Assembly (NCBI GenBank): GCA_017414505.1
Contig: JAFQLQ010000003.1
Coordinates: forward strand, 23,994 to 87,993
Origin: Clostridia bacterium
Lineage (GTDB): Bacteria; Bacillota; Clostridia; UMGS1840; HGM11507
DNA length: 64,000 nt
Direction of reading: 5' to 3'
Part shown: positions 9,320 through 18,906 of the stretch, in pieces
Position numbering within the stretch: the stretch's first letter is position 1
Layout: every line of letters starts with the position of its first letter
Translations under genes and position numbers: made by a program
The notes under the pieces: model-generated
Seen by the model: the letters and a program-made list of their open reading frames with translations, nothing else
Databases searched by the model: none
What the model was told of the DNA's origin: nothing

Positions 9320-10245
9320 CTTTTTATCTCCGGCAAGTTATTTACCGCGGTAACTATATCCATAACTTTCGAAGCCTTTTTTACCGCTTTTAAAATTTTC
9401 TTCTCTTCCGGGAAATTCAGCATCATAAGAAGCCATATTTCCTTTATTTTATTTAAAACATAGTGTTCTGATACAAGAACCTTTGTGTAATTTTCTATAA
9501 GAATATCAGAGAATTCAATAAGTTCCGAAGTTGTTAAGGGCGCACCTCCCTTAATTTCTCTGAAAATGGCAGGATTTGCAATGGCGCCTCTGCCTATCAT
9601 CACGCCTTCAAGCATAGGAAATTCTTCTGAAATCTGTATGTAATCGTCTCTAGAAAAAATATTTCCGTTGTAGCATAGCTTGTTTTTTGAAATTTCGTAT
9701 GCTCTTTTAAATGCATCGTTGTCCGGTTCGCCTTTGTAATAATCTTCTCTTGAACGGGGATGAATAATTAAAGGAACGGAAGGATATTTGTTGTAAATTT
9801 CAATTAAATTGTCGAGCTCTGAAGTGTTAAAAAATCCTGCTCTGGTTTTTATGGTTATTTTTATATCATTTTCAGAATATACCTCGTATAAAAATCTGTC
9901 AAGTTCTTCCGGAGTGCGTAAAAAGCCTGAACCTCTGTTCTTTTTTACTACTGTTCCGGAGGGACAGCCAAGATTAATATTTACTTCGTTGTATCCTATT
10001 GATTTAACTTTTTCGGCAAATTTTTTAAAAGATTCCGATTGACAGGTTAACACCTGAACTTTTAAATCAATACCCTGATTTTTTTCCGGCATAACATCTC
10101 TTAAGCTTTTTATGCTAAAACGTTCTATGTCACTTGGCGTAATAAAAGGCGCATAGTAAGCTTCGCATCCACCAAAAATTTTAGCGTGTGTTGTTCTGTA
10201 TGTGCAAGAGGTAACACCCTCAAGCGGTGCAAAATATAAATTCAT
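9316..10245 (-). CDS. tRNA-dihydrouridine synthase family protein
   Basis: Dus-type TIM barrel blocks (FAPLEGVT, NINLGCPS, MIGRGAIANP). The start codon abuts the stop of the upstream gene. Confidence 0.8.
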   Translation of the reverse strand: MNLYFAPLEGVTSCTYRTTHAKIFGGCEAYYAPFITPSDIERFSIKSLRDVMPEKNQGIDLKVQVLTCQSESFKKFAEKVKSIGYNEVNINLGCPSGTVVKKNRGSGFLRTPEELDRFLYEVYSENDIKITIKTRAGFFNTSELDNLIEIYNKYPSVPLIIHPRSREDYYKGEPDNDAFKRAYEISKNKLCYNGNIFSRDDYIQISEEFPMLEGVMIGRGAIANPAIFREIKGGAPLTTSELIEFSDILIENYTKVLVSEHYVLNKIKEIWLLMMLNFPEEKKILKAVKKASKVMDIVTAVNNLPEIKR

Positions 10246-12855
10246 CTAACCCTCCAGCTCTTCAAGCTTATCCCATATTGTTTTAAAAAATCCTGAATTT
10301 TCAACCTCTAAATTATGTCTGTAAATCATATCTCTTACAAGGTCTTCAACACGTTCTACTTCTTCCAGCAATATTCTTGCAGGCATTCTTAAAGCACCGC
10401 TTCCGAAAATTATCATTTGTTCAAGACCGTCTGATGTGGCAACAGTAACCTTGTAGTTTTTGCTTAATTCTGTAGCAGTTTTTTCAATATATGAATCAGC
10501 GGTTTGAGCTTCTTTTGTGTAAACAACCGTAATTCCGTCAATTCTCTCGGTTTCTCCACGGTTTCCTTTTACCTTGTATGCATCAAAAACAATTATTATT
10601 TCATATTTCTTGAAAATTTTATATGCCGCAATACGGTCAATAAGCTTGTTACGTGCAGCTTCAAGGCTTTCTTTTGAAAGAGCTTTTAACTCCTCCCATG
10701 CAAAAATTATATTATATCCGTCAATTAAAAGATATTCCTTGTCATATGTTTTCTTTTGTTTTTTTACGTATTTTTCGGGAATAGGCTGTTTTTCTGTCTT
10801 TAAAGTGTAGTTGGGGTTCTTTCTTTCAATTTTTCCGTAAGTACGTTCAAATATTTTTATTAAATCCTCATCACTTGCTGTTTTTCGTTCGGAGCGAACA
10901 ACCGTAGGTGCTTCTGAAGTTTTTTTAGGCTTCAGAATGCTTTCAAGATGCATATATTCCGTAACTTCGTCCCATTTTACGGTAAATCCTGCACCGTGTG
11001 AACAAAAAACAGAATCTGCAGTATTTTCAACATCGGAATCTGCATTGTATCCGATTTGTTCAATAACTGTTTCAGGATTTCTGCAAGGGCCGTAACCGCT
11101 GAATTTACAGCTTAATTTTCCTTTTCCGTGTGTATAGCCTATTATTTCTCTTTGATAATTTCTTATTGCATCCGCCGCAACGTTACCTGAAATTTTAGTC
11201 ATATCGCCACGTGTAACAGGAAGAGAAAATTCTGCTCCCATTCTGTCTAAATCAGTCATAGCCTTGCCAATACAATCGGAAGGAACTTCCAGAGAAAAAT
11301 CATAGTATGGCTCAAGTAAAACACTTTTTGCCATACGTAACGCGTGTCGTACTGCTCTGTAAGTTGCCTGACGGAAATCACCACCCTCAGTATGTTTTAA
11401 ATGTGCCTTTCCGGATTTTAATGTTATTTTAATGTCTGTTATAGGAGAGCCGGTAAGAACACCAATGTGCTGTTTTTCCATAAGATGCGTCATAATTAAG
11501 CGTTGCCAGTTTTTATCCAGTAAATCCTCATCGCAATCACATTCAAACTGCATTCCCGAACCTGCACTAAGCGGTTCTAAAAGCAAATGAACCTCGGAAT
11601 AATGGCGTAGAGGCTCATAGTGTCCTACTCCCTCAACTTTGTTTTCAATGGTTTCCTTGTAAACAATTCTGCCTTCTTCAAATTCAACATTCATATCAAA
11701 GCGTTTGCTTATCTGCTGCTTTAATACTTCAAGCTGAATCTCGCCCATAAGACGAAGCTGAATTTCCTTTAAATGCTCATTCCATACCACATTTAACTGT
11801 GTTTCTTCCTGCTCAAGCTGTTTTAATTTTTCAATTGCGGTTGCCGAATCGGTTCCGGAGGGAAGAATAACACGGTAATTAAAAATGGGCTCTGCAGTAA
11901 GCTTTTCAGAATTTTTTTCAAATCCCAATCCTTGTCCTGCATAAGTTTTCTTAAGACCGGTTACTGCACATACCACACCGCTTGGAGCCTCATCAAGAGC
12001 CTGATATTTGTCGCCGGAATATATTCTTATTTCGTTTATTTTTTCACTTTCTTCGCCTGTGTCAATAAGAGCTTTAACCCTGACTGTGCCACCGGTTATT
12101 TTCATATGAGTAAGTCTCTGACCGCGCTCATCGGTTTCTATTTTAAAAACCTTTGCTCCGAAATCTGAAAGTGGCTCGTTTTGTTTTGTTAAATATGCAA
12201 AAGCTTTTAAAAATGTTTCCACACCCTCTAATCTGAGCGCAGAACCGCTGAAACAAGGAAATAAGGAACGTTGCTTAATTGCGGAAATAACTGCTTTTTC
12301 GTCTGTTTTTCCGCTTTCCAAATATTCCTGCATTATACCTTCATCGCAAACAGCAAGATTTTCGCTTAAACGTTCTTTATCTTCATCAAGAAAATCAACA
12401 AAATCAGCATTGAAATCTTCTTTTAATTCTTCTATAACACGAGTTTTATCAGCACCGTTTAAATCCAGTTTGTTTATAAAAATAAAAGTGGGAATATTGT
12501 GTTTTTTAAGAAGCTCCCAAAGAGTTTTTGTATGACTTTGAATACCGTCAGTTCCGCTTATTACAAGAACAGCATAATCAAGAACCTGAAGGGTTCTTTC
12601 GGCTTCGGCAGAAAAATCAATATGTCCGGGCGTGTCAAGCAGAGTTATAACCGTATCTTCAAGCTTAATAACAGCTTGTTTTGAAAATATGGTTATACCT
12701 CGTTTTTTTTCGATTTCATCAGTATCAAGAAATGTATTCTGACTGTCAACTCTGCCAAGATTACGTATTTCACCTGCACAGTATAAAAGACCTTCGGAAA
12801 GGGTTGTTTTGCCTGCATCAACGTGTGCAAGAATTCCTGCGGCAATTCTTTTCAT
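10246..12855 (-). CDS. EF-G/Tet(M)-like translational GTPase fused to a C-terminal Rae1/YacP-type NYN ribonuclease domain
   Basis: G1 AHVDAGKTT, G3 DTPGH, G4 NKLD and EF-G-like domains II-V are present. The last 164 aa (nt 10249-10740) match B. subtilis YacP/Rae1 block for block. ATG 12855 lies 10 nt after AAGGAG; the track's GTG 12885 would overlap adh. Confidence 0.85.
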   Translation of the reverse strand: MKRIAAGILAHVDAGKTTLSEGLLYCAGEIRNLGRVDSQNTFLDTDEIEKKRGITIFSKQAVIKLEDTVITLLDTPGHIDFSAEAERTLQVLDYAVLVISGTDGIQSHTKTLWELLKKHNIPTFIFINKLDLNGADKTRVIEELKEDFNADFVDFLDEDKERLSENLAVCDEGIMQEYLESGKTDEKAVISAIKQRSLFPCFSGSALRLEGVETFLKAFAYLTKQNEPLSDFGAKVFKIETDERGQRLTHMKITGGTVRVKALIDTGEESEKINEIRIYSGDKYQALDEAPSGVVCAVTGLKKTYAGQGLGFEKNSEKLTAEPIFNYRVILPSGTDSATAIEKLKQLEQEETQLNVVWNEHLKEIQLRLMGEIQLEVLKQQISKRFDMNVEFEEGRIVYKETIENKVEGVGHYEPLRHYSEVHLLLEPLSAGSGMQFECDCDEDLLDKNWQRLIMTHLMEKQHIGVLTGSPITDIKITLKSGKAHLKHTEGGDFRQATYRAVRHALRMAKSVLLEPYYDFSLEVPSDCIGKAMTDLDRMGAEFSLPVTRGDMTKISGNVAADAIRNYQREIIGYTHGKGKLSCKFSGYGPCRNPETVIEQIGYNADSDVENTADSVFCSHGAGFTVKWDEVTEYMHLESILKPKKTSEAPTVVRSERKTASDEDLIKIFERTYGKIERKNPNYTLKTEKQPIPEKYVKKQKKTYDKEYLLIDGYNIIFAWEELKALSKESLEAARNKLIDRIAAYKIFKKYEIIIVFDAYKVKGNRGETERIDGITVVYTKEAQTADSYIEKTATELSKNYKVTVATSDGLEQMIIFGSGALRMPARILLEEVERVEDLVRDMIYRHNLEVENSGFFKTIWDKLEELEG

Positions 12856-12872
12856 ATGATAAAAACTCCTTA

Positions 12873-13979
12873 TCAGATCAAACACTTATTAAATATCTCA
12901 ATTTCATCTTCTCTTGTAACCTCAAAAGGACAGATGGGAACATTTTTTGCCTGAATGGTAGTGGCAGTCCAATCCTCAAACTCTTCTTTGGTAAATTTAA
13001 TATCGCAGGGAAGAATTTTTAAAAGATATTCTTTAAAATCAATCAGTTTATCAAATCCAAGCATTATTAGTGCATTTTTTACTTTTTCGGGAAGAACTGT
13101 GGCTGTTCTTTCAAGATATTCGCCAAGCAACAATCCGTTTGCCATTCCGTGTGGAATATCCTTGTAATAGGTTAAAGGGTATCCCATAGAATGAACAATG
13201 GTTGTTCCTGTCTGGGAAATAACTATTCCTCCAAGAGTTGCCGCCCACAGAAGCTCGGTGCATTTTTCTGTATCAAAATCACCGTTTATTATTGTTTCAA
13301 GATGTTTGCCGAAAATTCTTAAGCCTTCAAGGGCGATGTAGTCGGAAGCAGGGGAGGAACGCTTGTTGGTAAACCCTTCCAGTAAATGACACATTGCATC
13401 AACTGCGGTATTTCGTGCAATCTGCAGCGGAAGATTAAGAGTGTATCTGCCGTCTAAAAAAGCAACCTTGTAAAAAACATCCGGGGAAGCAAAGCTTCTC
13501 TTGTTCTTTTCCTTATGCAAAGTCAAAATAGAATACGGAGTTGTTTCCGATCCTGTTCCGGCAGTTGTTGGAATAGCAACCATTGGAAGAGGCTTATTTT
13601 TGAATTTCAAATCAAAAATATCATACATATCAAAATCGGTACCGGTTTCGTTAACTGCATAAACAGCTATAGCTTTTGTTGCATCAAGAGGTGAACCTCC
13701 GCCGATTCCAATAAGGAAATCTGCACCAAAATTTTTAGCTTGTTTACCGCCTTCTAAAGTTTCTTCAATGGTGGGATTGTTTCCTATTTTATCATATACC
13801 AGATAAGGAATATTGTTTTCTTCAAGAACTTTTATAACATCAGAAAGAGCGCCCGATTTTGCACCTGATGTTTTTCCGGTTACTATCATTGCTTTTGTAC
13901 CGTAAATTAAATCTTTACTGTTGTTTAAAACTGAAAATTCGCCCGTAATTATTTTTGTTGGCATTAAAAAATTAAACAT
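12873..13979 (-). CDS. Iron-containing alcohol dehydrogenase family protein
   Basis: GGGSPLDATKA motif and His-rich metal-site region (HLLEGF, VHSMGYP), typical of Fe-ADH. Confidence 0.85.
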   Translation of the reverse strand: MFNFLMPTKIITGEFSVLNNSKDLIYGTKAMIVTGKTSGAKSGALSDVIKVLEENNIPYLVYDKIGNNPTIEETLEGGKQAKNFGADFLIGIGGGSPLDATKAIAVYAVNETGTDFDMYDIFDLKFKNKPLPMVAIPTTAGTGSETTPYSILTLHKEKNKRSFASPDVFYKVAFLDGRYTLNLPLQIARNTAVDAMCHLLEGFTNKRSSPASDYIALEGLRIFGKHLETIINGDFDTEKCTELLWAATLGGIVISQTGTTIVHSMGYPLTYYKDIPHGMANGLLLGEYLERTATVLPEKVKNALIMLGFDKLIDFKEYLLKILPCDIKFTKEEFEDWTATTIQAKNVPICPFEVTREDEIEIFNKCLI

Positions 13980-13991
13980 ATTAAAATCTCC

Positions 13992-14837
13992 TTAATGTAT
14001 ATCGTATAAAATTTCACTTGCAACAGCATTTTTTCTGTATTGCGACGGTGAAATTCCGTATTTTCTGGAAAACAGTTTGGAAAAAGCAAGCTTATCTTCA
14101 TACCCGACAAAAGCGGCGATTTCTCCTATTGAGTATTCTTTTCCCGAAAGTAATTTTTTAGCTTTTTCAAGCTTGTACTGAATAATATAATCGTAGGGTG
14201 AAATTCCTTCTTTGTTTTTAAACAATCTGTAAAGATAAGAATGCTCAAGTCCCACATAACGGCAAAGTTCTTCTACCGTTAAACGTCTGTAATAGTTTAC
14301 CTGAACATAATTTTTGCACATAGTTATGTATTCTTCGACGGTTTTTCTTACAATTTGAGATTCTTTGTGATTATATTTTATCATATCGCCCAGTAAAGTA
14401 AGCATTGCGCCGGAAACAAGAAAATCGTTGTTTTCATCCTTTGTGTCTACTAAAGCTTCAAAATGTTTTTCAATTATGTCTGGGCGTTTGGTTTTATAAA
14501 TGGGATTTTCTTCCGAAAGACCGACACTTTTTATAAAATTGCTTGCCATAGAGCCTGAAATATTAATCCATATGTAATACCACGGATTCACCATATCGGC
14601 TTCGTAGTAAACTTCGTTTTTACCATATATAAGAAAAGCGTTACCTTTTGAAAGATGATATGTTTTTCCGTTATATACCGCTTTTCCTTTTCCGCTTACA
14701 ACATAATGAATAAGATATCTGTCATCATAGCTTACAGCATAGCTGTGCCCGGGAGGACAATGCTGACTTCCGATACAAAAAAGCGACATATTTTCGCAAA
14801 CAAGATTTGTTGCTAAAAAATCCATTTTATCAGTCAC
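13992..14837 (-). CDS. AraC-family transcriptional regulator (cupin N-domain + HTH)
   Basis: C-terminal dual-HTH AraC signature (LCRYVGLEHSYLYRLFK..., IAAFVGYEDKLAFSKLFSRKYGISPSQYR). Confidence 0.85.
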   Translation of the reverse strand: MTDKMDFLATNLVCENMSLFCIGSQHCPPGHSYAVSYDDRYLIHYVVSGKGKAVYNGKTYHLSKGNAFLIYGKNEVYYEADMVNPWYYIWINISGSMASNFIKSVGLSEENPIYKTKRPDIIEKHFEALVDTKDENNDFLVSGAMLTLLGDMIKYNHKESQIVRKTVEEYITMCKNYVQVNYYRRLTVEELCRYVGLEHSYLYRLFKNKEGISPYDYIIQYKLEKAKKLLSGKEYSIGEIAAFVGYEDKLAFSKLFSRKYGISPSQYRKNAVASEILYDIH

Positions 14838-14887
14838 CCTTAAAAAAGATTATTGTCCTTATTATATAGCATTTTATTTAAAAAAGC

Positions 14888-14930
14888 AATATTTTTGCAT
14901 TTCTTTGTGTAATATTGTTGCAAAAATATT
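14888..14930. promoter_or_regulatory. 12-bp perfect inverted repeat (candidate operator) in the araC / surface-protein divergent region
   Basis: AATATTTTTGCA (14888-14899) and TGCAAAAATATT (14919-14930). The right arm overlaps a TTGCAA -35-like hexamer (14918-14923), followed 16 nt later by TATATT. Confidence 0.35.
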
Positions 14931-14974
14931 TATTTGTGTTATATTTAAAGAAAAATAAAAAAGGGGTAATACCA

Positions 14975-16210
14975 ATGAAAAAGAAAATTTTAAGTATCAT
15001 TACCGTATTCTGCATTCTTGCAGGTATGACAGCATTTGTTCCTGCGTATGCACTTGAAAAAAGCGGAGACTTTGAGTATCAGGTAACAGATAACAAAGTA
15101 ATTATCCGTGGCTATTCAGACACAGGTTCAGGCGTAGTAGAAGTTCCTGCAACAATTGCAGGTATGCCGGTTGTGGAAATTGGTCAGCAGGCGTTCTACA
15201 ATAACAAAAATATAACAGGTGTTACGGTTCCTGAGGGTGTTGTAAACATAGGTCATTCTGCGTTTTGTAAAAGTGTCAATCTGACTACTGTTAATCTTCC
15301 GGAAACATTGAAGACAATAGGTGAGAATGCTTTTAAGGATTGTACAAACCTTTTAAATATCAAAATTCCAGAAAATGTAGAAACTATAGGAGAGTCGGCT
15401 TTTAGCGATTGTGAGTCTCTTACCTCAATAGTTATTCCCGATGGAGTACTGAGCATTGGAGATAAAGCTTTTTATAATTGCGACAATCTTAACAGCATAG
15501 TTCTTCCAAAAAGTCTTTCAACAATCGGAAAAGAGGCTTTTGATAAATCAAATAATTTAAAAACTGTTTATTATAAGGGCAGTGAAGCTGACTGGAATAA
15601 TGTTGTAATTGGTGAAGACAACGCTCCTCTTGCAAAAGCTACAATTATATTTAATTACACAGGTGAAGAAGATTCCGCATCTACTCCAAGCTCCTGGGCT
15701 GAGGAAGGTGTTAATGCCGCAAAAGCAATCGGTATTATTATAAAAAGTGTAATGGAAAATTATCAGGCAAATATCACAAGAGAGCAGTTCTGCGAAATGG
15801 TTGTAAAAGCCTACGAATACATAAGCGGAAAAACTGCAGATGCAGGAGATGTAAAATTCTCTGATACAGATAACGACCAGATTAAAAAAGCCGCAAATCT
15901 TGGTATAGTTTCCGGTTACGGTGACGGTATTTTTGCACCCAATGATCTGGTTACAAGAGAACAGATTGCCGCAATGCTGGTTCGTATGATAAGTAAAGCA
16001 GTTGATAATATTGATGTAAATGTATACAACGATAATGTGTTTTCTGATAAAGCTGATATCAGCGACTGGGCACTTGCTTCCATAAACTTTGCATATGATA
16101 ACGGAATTATGCAGGGTGTTGGTGAAAACCGCATAGATTCAAAATCCAATACTACTTGCGAGCAGGCAGTATTACTTGTTTACAGAACAGTTCAGAAATA
16201 TTCCAAATAA
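14975..16210 (+). CDS. Secreted leucine-rich-repeat (BspA-type) protein with C-terminal SLH cell-wall anchoring domains
   Basis: Signal peptide MKKKILSIITVFCILAGMTAFVPAYA. Repeated ~23-aa LRR units (L..I.IPE.V..IGE.AF..C..L). SLH-like FSDTD...GIVSGYGDGIFAPNDLVTREQ. ATG 14975 follows an AAGGGG SD. Confidence 0.8.
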   Translation: MKKKILSIITVFCILAGMTAFVPAYALEKSGDFEYQVTDNKVIIRGYSDTGSGVVEVPATIAGMPVVEIGQQAFYNNKNITGVTVPEGVVNIGHSAFCKSVNLTTVNLPETLKTIGENAFKDCTNLLNIKIPENVETIGESAFSDCESLTSIVIPDGVLSIGDKAFYNCDNLNSIVLPKSLSTIGKEAFDKSNNLKTVYYKGSEADWNNVVIGEDNAPLAKATIIFNYTGEEDSASTPSSWAEEGVNAAKAIGIIIKSVMENYQANITREQFCEMVVKAYEYISGKTADAGDVKFSDTDNDQIKKAANLGIVSGYGDGIFAPNDLVTREQIAAMLVRMISKAVDNIDVNVYNDNVFSDKADISDWALASINFAYDNGIMQGVGENRIDSKSNTTCEQAVLLVYRTVQKYSK

Positions 16211-16214
16211 AAAA

Positions 16215-16244
16215 ATGAGGGCGAAATTTTCGTCCTCATTTTAA
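16215..16244. terminator. Bidirectional terminator between convergent genes
   Basis: ATGAGGGCGAAAA (16215-16227) pairs with TTTTCGTCCTCAT (16228-16240), with T-runs on both sides. Confidence 0.6.
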
Positions 16245-16664
16245 TTTGAATACAATCACTCCTGCAAGCATAAGTGCAAGACCAATGTATTTGGAAAGTC
16301 CGAATGCAATTTTTTCGGTGTCAAAAAGTCCAAATGCGTCAATTAAAGCTGCAACAGTAAGCTGTGAAATCAGGATGACGGAAATAGAAACAACCGGACT
16401 TAAATCTTTTATTCCGAGCATTACAGTTACTGTAATAATCATTCCGAGAACACCGCCCAGCCAGTAAAGCTTATTGGTTTCGGTAAGAAGCTTTATATTT
16501 CCTTTGCCGAAAATAAGCATAACAATAAGAGAAATTATAAAAGCTGTTCCCTGAACAAAAGTGTTTGATTCGTATAAACCGATTTTTTCACTTAACCGAG
16601 TGTTAAAAACGCCCTGAATACTCATTGCAGCTCCTGCAATTATGCTCATTATAAATCCAATCAT
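16236..16664 (-). CDS. Small DMT-superfamily membrane protein (YdcZ/DUF606-like)
   Basis: 142 aa, almost entirely hydrophobic, with about 4-5 TM helices. Confidence 0.65.
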   Translation of the reverse strand: MIGFIMSIIAGAAMSIQGVFNTRLSEKIGLYESNTFVQGTAFIISLIVMLIFGKGNIKLLTETNKLYWLGGVLGMIITVTVMLGIKDLSPVVSISVILISQLTVAALIDAFGLFDTEKIAFGLSKYIGLALMLAGVIVFKLK

Positions 16665-16734
16665 AGGATAATCCTCCTATAAAATTTCATTTTTACTATT
16701 ATTTTCATAAGTTAAAAAAATAATTCAAAAATCA

Positions 16735-16763
16735 TTGCCAAAATAAATTAATTGTGGTATACT
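16735..16763 (+). promoter_or_regulatory. Sigma-A-type promoter for fhs
   Basis: TTGCCA (16735-16740), a 17-nt spacer, then TATACT (16758-16763) preceded by TGg (extended -10). Confidence 0.45.
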
Positions 16764-16800
16764 TATAATATTAAATTCATAATAGGGGGAGATTGTTATT

Positions 16801-18474
16801 ATGAAAACAGATATTGAAATAGCACAGCAAGCGGAAAAACTGCATATTGGCAAGGTTGCAGAACAGCTTGGTATCGAAAATGATGATTTGGAATTTTACG
16901 GAAAATACAAAGCAAAATTATCATTTGATTTAATTGAACGTGTAAAAAATAATAAAGACGGAAAGCTTATTTTGGTTACAGCTATCAATCCTACTCCGGC
17001 AGGAGAAGGTAAAACCACTATGACTGTTGGTTTGGGGCAGGCATTTTCCAAAATCGGCAAAAAAGCTCTTATCGCTCTTCGTGAACCGTCACTTGGTCCC
17101 ACTTTCGGTGTAAAAGGCGGAGCGGCAGGCGGCGGATATTCTCAGGTTGTTCCCATGGAGGACATTAATCTGCATTTTACCGGAGATATGCACGCCATTA
17201 CTTCTGCCAACAACCTTCTTTGTGCAATGGTAGATAACCATCTTCAGCAGGGAAACGAACTTCAGATTGATCCTAAAAGAATTATGGTAAAAAGAGTTCT
17301 TGATATAAATGACAGAGCTTTAAGAAATGTCGTAATCGGCCTTGGCGAAAAGGTTGACGGCGTTGTTCGTCAGGATAGCTTTATGATTACCGTTGCTTGT
17401 GAAATTATGGCTATTTTATGCCTTGCAAGCGACCTTGACGATTTGAAAGTAAGACTTTCAAAAATTATTGTAGGCTACAGTTATGACGGAAAAATTATAA
17501 CTGCGGCAGATTTAAAAGCACAGGGTGCTATGGCAGTACTTTTAAAAGATGCTATAAAACCCAATCTTGTTCAGACATTGGAGAATACCCCCTGCATTAT
17601 GCATGGCGGTCCATTTGCAAATATTGCTCACGGATGCAACAGTGTGATTGCTACCAAGCTTGCTTTAAAGCTTGCTGATTACACAATTACAGAAGCAGGC
17701 TTCGGTGCGGATTTGGGTGCTGAAAAATTCCTTGATATAAAATGCCGTTTTGCAGGTCTTAAACCTTCTATGGTTGTTCTTGTTGCAACCTGCCGTTCAC
17801 TTAAATATAACGGTGTAGTTAAAAAAGAAGAGCTTAAAACTGAAAATGTTGAAGCCCTGAAAAAAGGTATTGTAAACCTTGAAAAACATATTGAAAATCT
17901 TCAGCAGTATGGTATTCCGGTTGTAGTTACAATTAATCATTTCTATGCCGATACCGATGCGGAAATTCAGGCTATTATGGATTTCTGTGCAAAAAAAGGT
18001 GTTTCCTGCTGTGTTTCCAAAGCCTTTGAAAAGGGCGGAGAGGGAAGCATAGAGCTTGCCAAAAAGCTTGTTGAAATTGCTGAAACTGAAACAGAAAATA
18101 AATTTGCACCTCTTTACGGTGACGATTTATCAATCAAAGAAAAAATAGAAACAATAGTAAAGAAAATTTACGGTGGTTCAGGTGTTCATTACGAGCCTGC
18201 GGCTGAAAAAGCCATCAAGCTTCTTACAGATAACGGATTTGATAAAATGCCTGTTTGCTGTGCAAAAACGCAGTATTCGCTTTCAGATGATCCCACAAAG
18301 CTTGGCAGACCTGAAAACTTTACTCTTACTGTTCGTGACCTTTATGTTAACGCCGGTGCAGGCTTTATAACTGTTCTTACCGGAAAAATAATGACAATGC
18401 CCGGTTTGCCGAAAGTTCCTGCTGCTGAAAAGGTTGATATTTTGTCTGATGGTACTATCGAAGGATTGTTTTAA
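16801..18474 (+). CDS. fhs: Formate--tetrahydrofolate ligase
   Basis: Full-length match to the FTHFS family, including the [10 protein letters not shown] nucleotide loop. Confidence 0.95.
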   Translation: MKTDIEIAQQAEKLHIGKVAEQLGIENDDLEFYGKYKAKLSFDLIERVKNNKDGKLILVTAINPTPAGEGKTTMTVGLGQAFSKIGKKALIALREPSLGPTFGVKGGAAGGGYSQVVPMEDINLHFTGDMHAITSANNLLCAMVDNHLQQGNELQIDPKRIMVKRVLDINDRALRNVVIGLGEKVDGVVRQDSFMITVACEIMAILCLASDLDDLKVRLSKIIVGYSYDGKIITAADLKAQGAMAVLLKDAIKPNLVQTLENTPCIMHGGPFANIAHGCNSVIATKLALKLADYTITEAGFGADLGAEKFLDIKCRFAGLKPSMVVLVATCRSLKYNGVVKKEELKTENVEALKKGIVNLEKHIENLQQYGIPVVVTINHFYADTDAEIQAIMDFCAKKGVSCCVSKAFEKGGEGSIELAKKLVEIAETETENKFAPLYGDDLSIKEKIETIVKKIYGGSGVHYEPAAEKAIKLLTDNGFDKMPVCCAKTQYSLSDDPTKLGRPENFTLTVRDLYVNAGAGFITVLTGKIMTMPGLPKVPAAEKVDILSDGTIEGLF

Positions 18475-18477
18475 AAT

Positions 18478-18906
18478 ATGGAAACTTATATTTCAAAATC
18501 GGCAGAAGAAACTTTTCAGATTGCAAGAAAATTTGCTGAAAATTTAAAATCCGGTGATATTGTGGCCTTTAACGGGGATTTAGGTGTTGGTAAAACCGTT
18601 TTTGTTAAAGGTATATGCGATTATCTCGGCGTTACAGAATATGTAAACAGCCCTACTTACACCTTGGTTAACGAATATCACGGCAAGGAGCATACGATCT
18701 ATCATATGGATATTTACCGTATTGAAGATGAGGACGAGCTGTTTAATATCGGATTTTTTGAATTTCTGTCCGAAGGCGGCATAGTCCTTATGGAATGGGC
18801 AGAAAACGCCGAAGAATCTCTTTCTGATTATAATGTTATTATGGTGGAAATTAACCGGGATGGAGAAAACAGAGAAATTAAAATTTCAAACAGGGTGAAA
18901 CAATGA
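18478..18906 (+). CDS. tsaE: tRNA t6A37 biosynthesis ATPase TsaE
   Basis: P-loop GDLGVGKT, about 140 aa, directly upstream of tsaB. Confidence 0.85.
   Translation: METYISKSAEETFQIARKFAENLKSGDIVAFNGDLGVGKTVFVKGICDYLGVTEYVNSPTYTLVNEYHGKEHTIYHMDIYRIEDEDELFNIGFFEFLSEGGIVLMEWAENAEESLSDYNVIMVEINRDGENREIKISNRVKQ

Noticed and set aside
10246-12855. Calling this gene tet(M)/tet(O) tetracycline resistance
   Set aside because: The similarity is at the level of the general EF-G/Tet(M) GTPase fold. The domain IV loop that contacts tetracycline in Tet(M) is not conserved, and the protein carries an extra NYN domain. No resistance claim is justified.
16665-16800. Possible ZTP/THF-type riboswitch upstream of fhs
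   Set aside because: The leader is only about 135 nt and extremely AT-rich. It lacks the GC-rich conserved cores of those riboswitches. A plain sigma-A promoter fits better.
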